Of a stretch of DNA of 64,000 nt, positions 62,452-64,000 are shown piece after piece. Made by a program: the position numbers and the translations under genes. The DNA comes from Candidatus Bathyarchaeota archaeon (lineage in GTDB: Archaea; Thermoproteota; Bathyarchaeia; Bathyarchaeales; Bathyarchaeaceae): contig JAUWZP010000001.1 of assembly GCA_030615265.1 (NCBI GenBank), positions 6,225 to 70,224 on the forward strand, in the 5' to 3' direction. The notes under the pieces are model-generated. The model saw nothing but the letters and a program-made list of their open reading frames with translations, searched no databases and was not told where the DNA came from. How positions within the stretch are numbered: position 1 is the stretch's first letter; the number at the start of each line of letters is the position of its first letter.

Positions 62452-63648
62452 ATGGGCAAACTGTGGCTTGGTTGCTCCGGCTGGTTCTACAAAGACTGGG
62501 TTGGACCGTTTTACCGAGAAGAAACGAAAAGCAAGCTTGCAGCCTATTCGCAGGTTTTCAAAACAGCGGAGATTGACTCGACCTTCTATGCTTATCCCTC
62601 TAAGGGCATGGTTATGGGCTGGCTCAAGTATACCCCGCCAGATTTCATCTACTCAGCTAAGTTGCCCCGCTTGATTACGCACAAGAAGAAGCTTGATGTG
62701 AACAAAGGTGTAGAAGAGGACCTGCAACGTTTCTGTAAGTTAATGGAGCCTCTGCAACAAAACGGAAAACTGGGCTGTCTTCTCGCTCAGTTGCCGCCTA
62801 GCTTGAAGTTTAATCTTCCCCTTATGGAAAGTTTTCTAAGCGTTTTTCCCTCGAGGTTTAGGGTTGCTGTTGAGTTTCGCGATGAGTCTTGGCTTAGAGA
62901 GGAAACTTGGAGGCTTTTTGAACAGTATAATGCGGCATATACCATCGTGGATGAGCCTTTGTTGCCGCCTAAGGTGAAAGTGACCTCTGACATAGCCTAT
63001 GTACGCTGGCACGGGAGAGGCGACTATCCATGGTACAATTATCACTATAAAACCGAAGAGCTGGAGCAGTGGGTGCCGAAAGTTGAGGAAACCGTGAACC
63101 AAGCAGAAACCACGTTCGGATACTTCAACAATCATTATCATGCCTACGCTGTGAAGAACTGCCTCGAAATGATGGATAAACTAGGTGCAATATTACCTCG
63201 GCAAAAAGAAGTCAAAAAGACGGTGAAAGAGTACCTGAAGGCTCGACCGAAAGCGCCTCCACCAAAACCATCCCTAGCTTTAACGGCGTTCATGCCAGAA
63301 GAGATCAACCGTATGGGTTTCAAAGATTTGCTCCGCATCTTCATAGATAACCGCAGAATCAAAAGGGCTAAAGGCATAAAGGATGAGGAAGTGAAACTTC
63401 AAGAAGTAACCAGCGATCTTGTGAAGGCAACCGTACGCAGGTATCGTGTGACAATTGATGTTTCAAACCGACTGATACTACACGACTGTGCGGATTGGAG
63501 CCGGTGTGCCCCTGTTAAGCAGCTCTGTAAGCATGTGGGCAAAGTGTTAATGATGATGCCTGAAGAGGAAGCCGTCAGCCTTCTAAGAAAGATTGGCACA
63601 GAACGGGAAAAATGGGAGTTTAAGCCTTACGTGGCTCAGGTTCTATAA
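62452..63648 (+). CDS. DUF72-family protein fused to a C-terminal Cys/His zinc-finger-like extension
   Basis: LGCSGWFYKDWVGPFY and NNHY are typical DUF72 motifs. The extra roughly 130 aa tail has H-x-C-x5-C-x6-C-x-H (HDCADWSRCAPVKQLCKH), which is SWIM-like. Confidence 0.7.
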   Translation: MGKLWLGCSGWFYKDWVGPFYREETKSKLAAYSQVFKTAEIDSTFYAYPSKGMVMGWLKYTPPDFIYSAKLPRLITHKKKLDVNKGVEEDLQRFCKLMEPLQQNGKLGCLLAQLPPSLKFNLPLMESFLSVFPSRFRVAVEFRDESWLREETWRLFEQYNAAYTIVDEPLLPPKVKVTSDIAYVRWHGRGDYPWYNYHYKTEELEQWVPKVEETVNQAETTFGYFNNHYHAYAVKNCLEMMDKLGAILPRQKEVKKTVKEYLKARPKAPPPKPSLALTAFMPEEINRMGFKDLLRIFIDNRRIKRAKGIKDEEVKLQEVTSDLVKATVRRYRVTIDVSNRLILHDCADWSRCAPVKQLCKHVGKVLMMMPEEEAVSLLRKIGTEREKWEFKPYVAQVL

Positions 63649-63808
63649 TTAACTCGTCCATCTCTTCTTCACTGTTGTAGAGGTAGGAGGTAAAACCGTT
63701 ATTCCATGCGCCCCCGCGCAGAGACAGTAAGTTTGCTTCCACATTGTCAAAATTTAATACTGACTTTGTTCAAATGCCTTGTATGTAATGAAAAGGAGTG
63801 GAAAATAG

Positions 63809-64000
63809 TTGAGTGAAAAACAGGTTATTGTGGTTACGACGCCGACCTTGCCTGGCTACCAGATTGTGAAGGTTCTGGGAACTGTCCACGGCTTAACCGT
63901 GCGAACCAGAGGAATAGGCGGAAAAATTGTGGCTGGAATTGAAGGAATTTTCGGTGGCGAAGTGACATCTTACACTTCAGAAGCCGAAAAGGCACGAAGA
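63809..64000 (+). CDS. YbjQ/UPF0145 (DUF74) family protein, N-terminal part (runs off right edge)
   Basis: TTPTLPGYQIVKVLGTVHGLTVRTRGIGGKIVAGIEGIFGGEV matches the YbjQ pattern. TTG start with a GGAGTG RBS 8 nt upstream. Confidence 0.7.
   Translation, partial: MSEKQVIVVTTPTLPGYQIVKVLGTVHGLTVRTRGIGGKIVAGIEGIFGGEVTSYTSEAEKARR

Overview
This is an archaeal chromosomal window. The evidence is TFB, RNA polymerase subunit P, tRNA-splicing endonuclease EndA, aSUI1, ribosomal proteins L3/L4/L23/L44e, archaeal-type D-aminoacyl-tRNA deacylase and pilins with class III signal peptides. The lineage cannot be fixed by eye; the non-canonical tRNA intron fits a TACK/Thermoproteota-like organism. I support about 60 protein genes, one intron-containing tRNA-Leu(CAA), several gene relics and several repeat or regulatory elements.

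Layout:
- 0.2-2.3 kb: heavily sequon-rich surface protein.
- 4.3-13.5 kb: mosaic glycan-biosynthesis island with epimerases, GT-A and GT4 transferases, three methyltransferases and a UDP-glucose dehydrogenase. It also holds truncated paralog fragments and a C-free purine tract.
- 13.5-24.1 kb: housekeeping genes (endA, glyS, inositol-phosphate synthase, moaE and others).
- 24.5-25.8 kb: MNT-HEPN pair.
- 25.8-27.0 kb: ORF-free tract packed with hairpins and nested repeats. It abuts an rpl3-rpl4-rpl23 operon that stops without rpl2.
- 36.9-46.2 kb: TrmB-like regulator plus a ten-gene type IV pilus locus with a recurring GTAG-N7-CTAC motif in front of the pilin genes.
- 48.5-51.2 kb: AAA(NorQ-like)-VWA pair.
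- 51-64 kb: housekeeping genes, including a transcarbamylase that lacks the canonical ornithine-binding motifs.

The most unusual stretch, and my best candidate for something undescribed, is the 25.8-27.0 kb hairpin/palindrome region. It could be a structured ncRNA, a protein-binding array or a mobile-element relic. All calls rest on reading the sequence and recalling family motifs; no database search or folding computation was possible.
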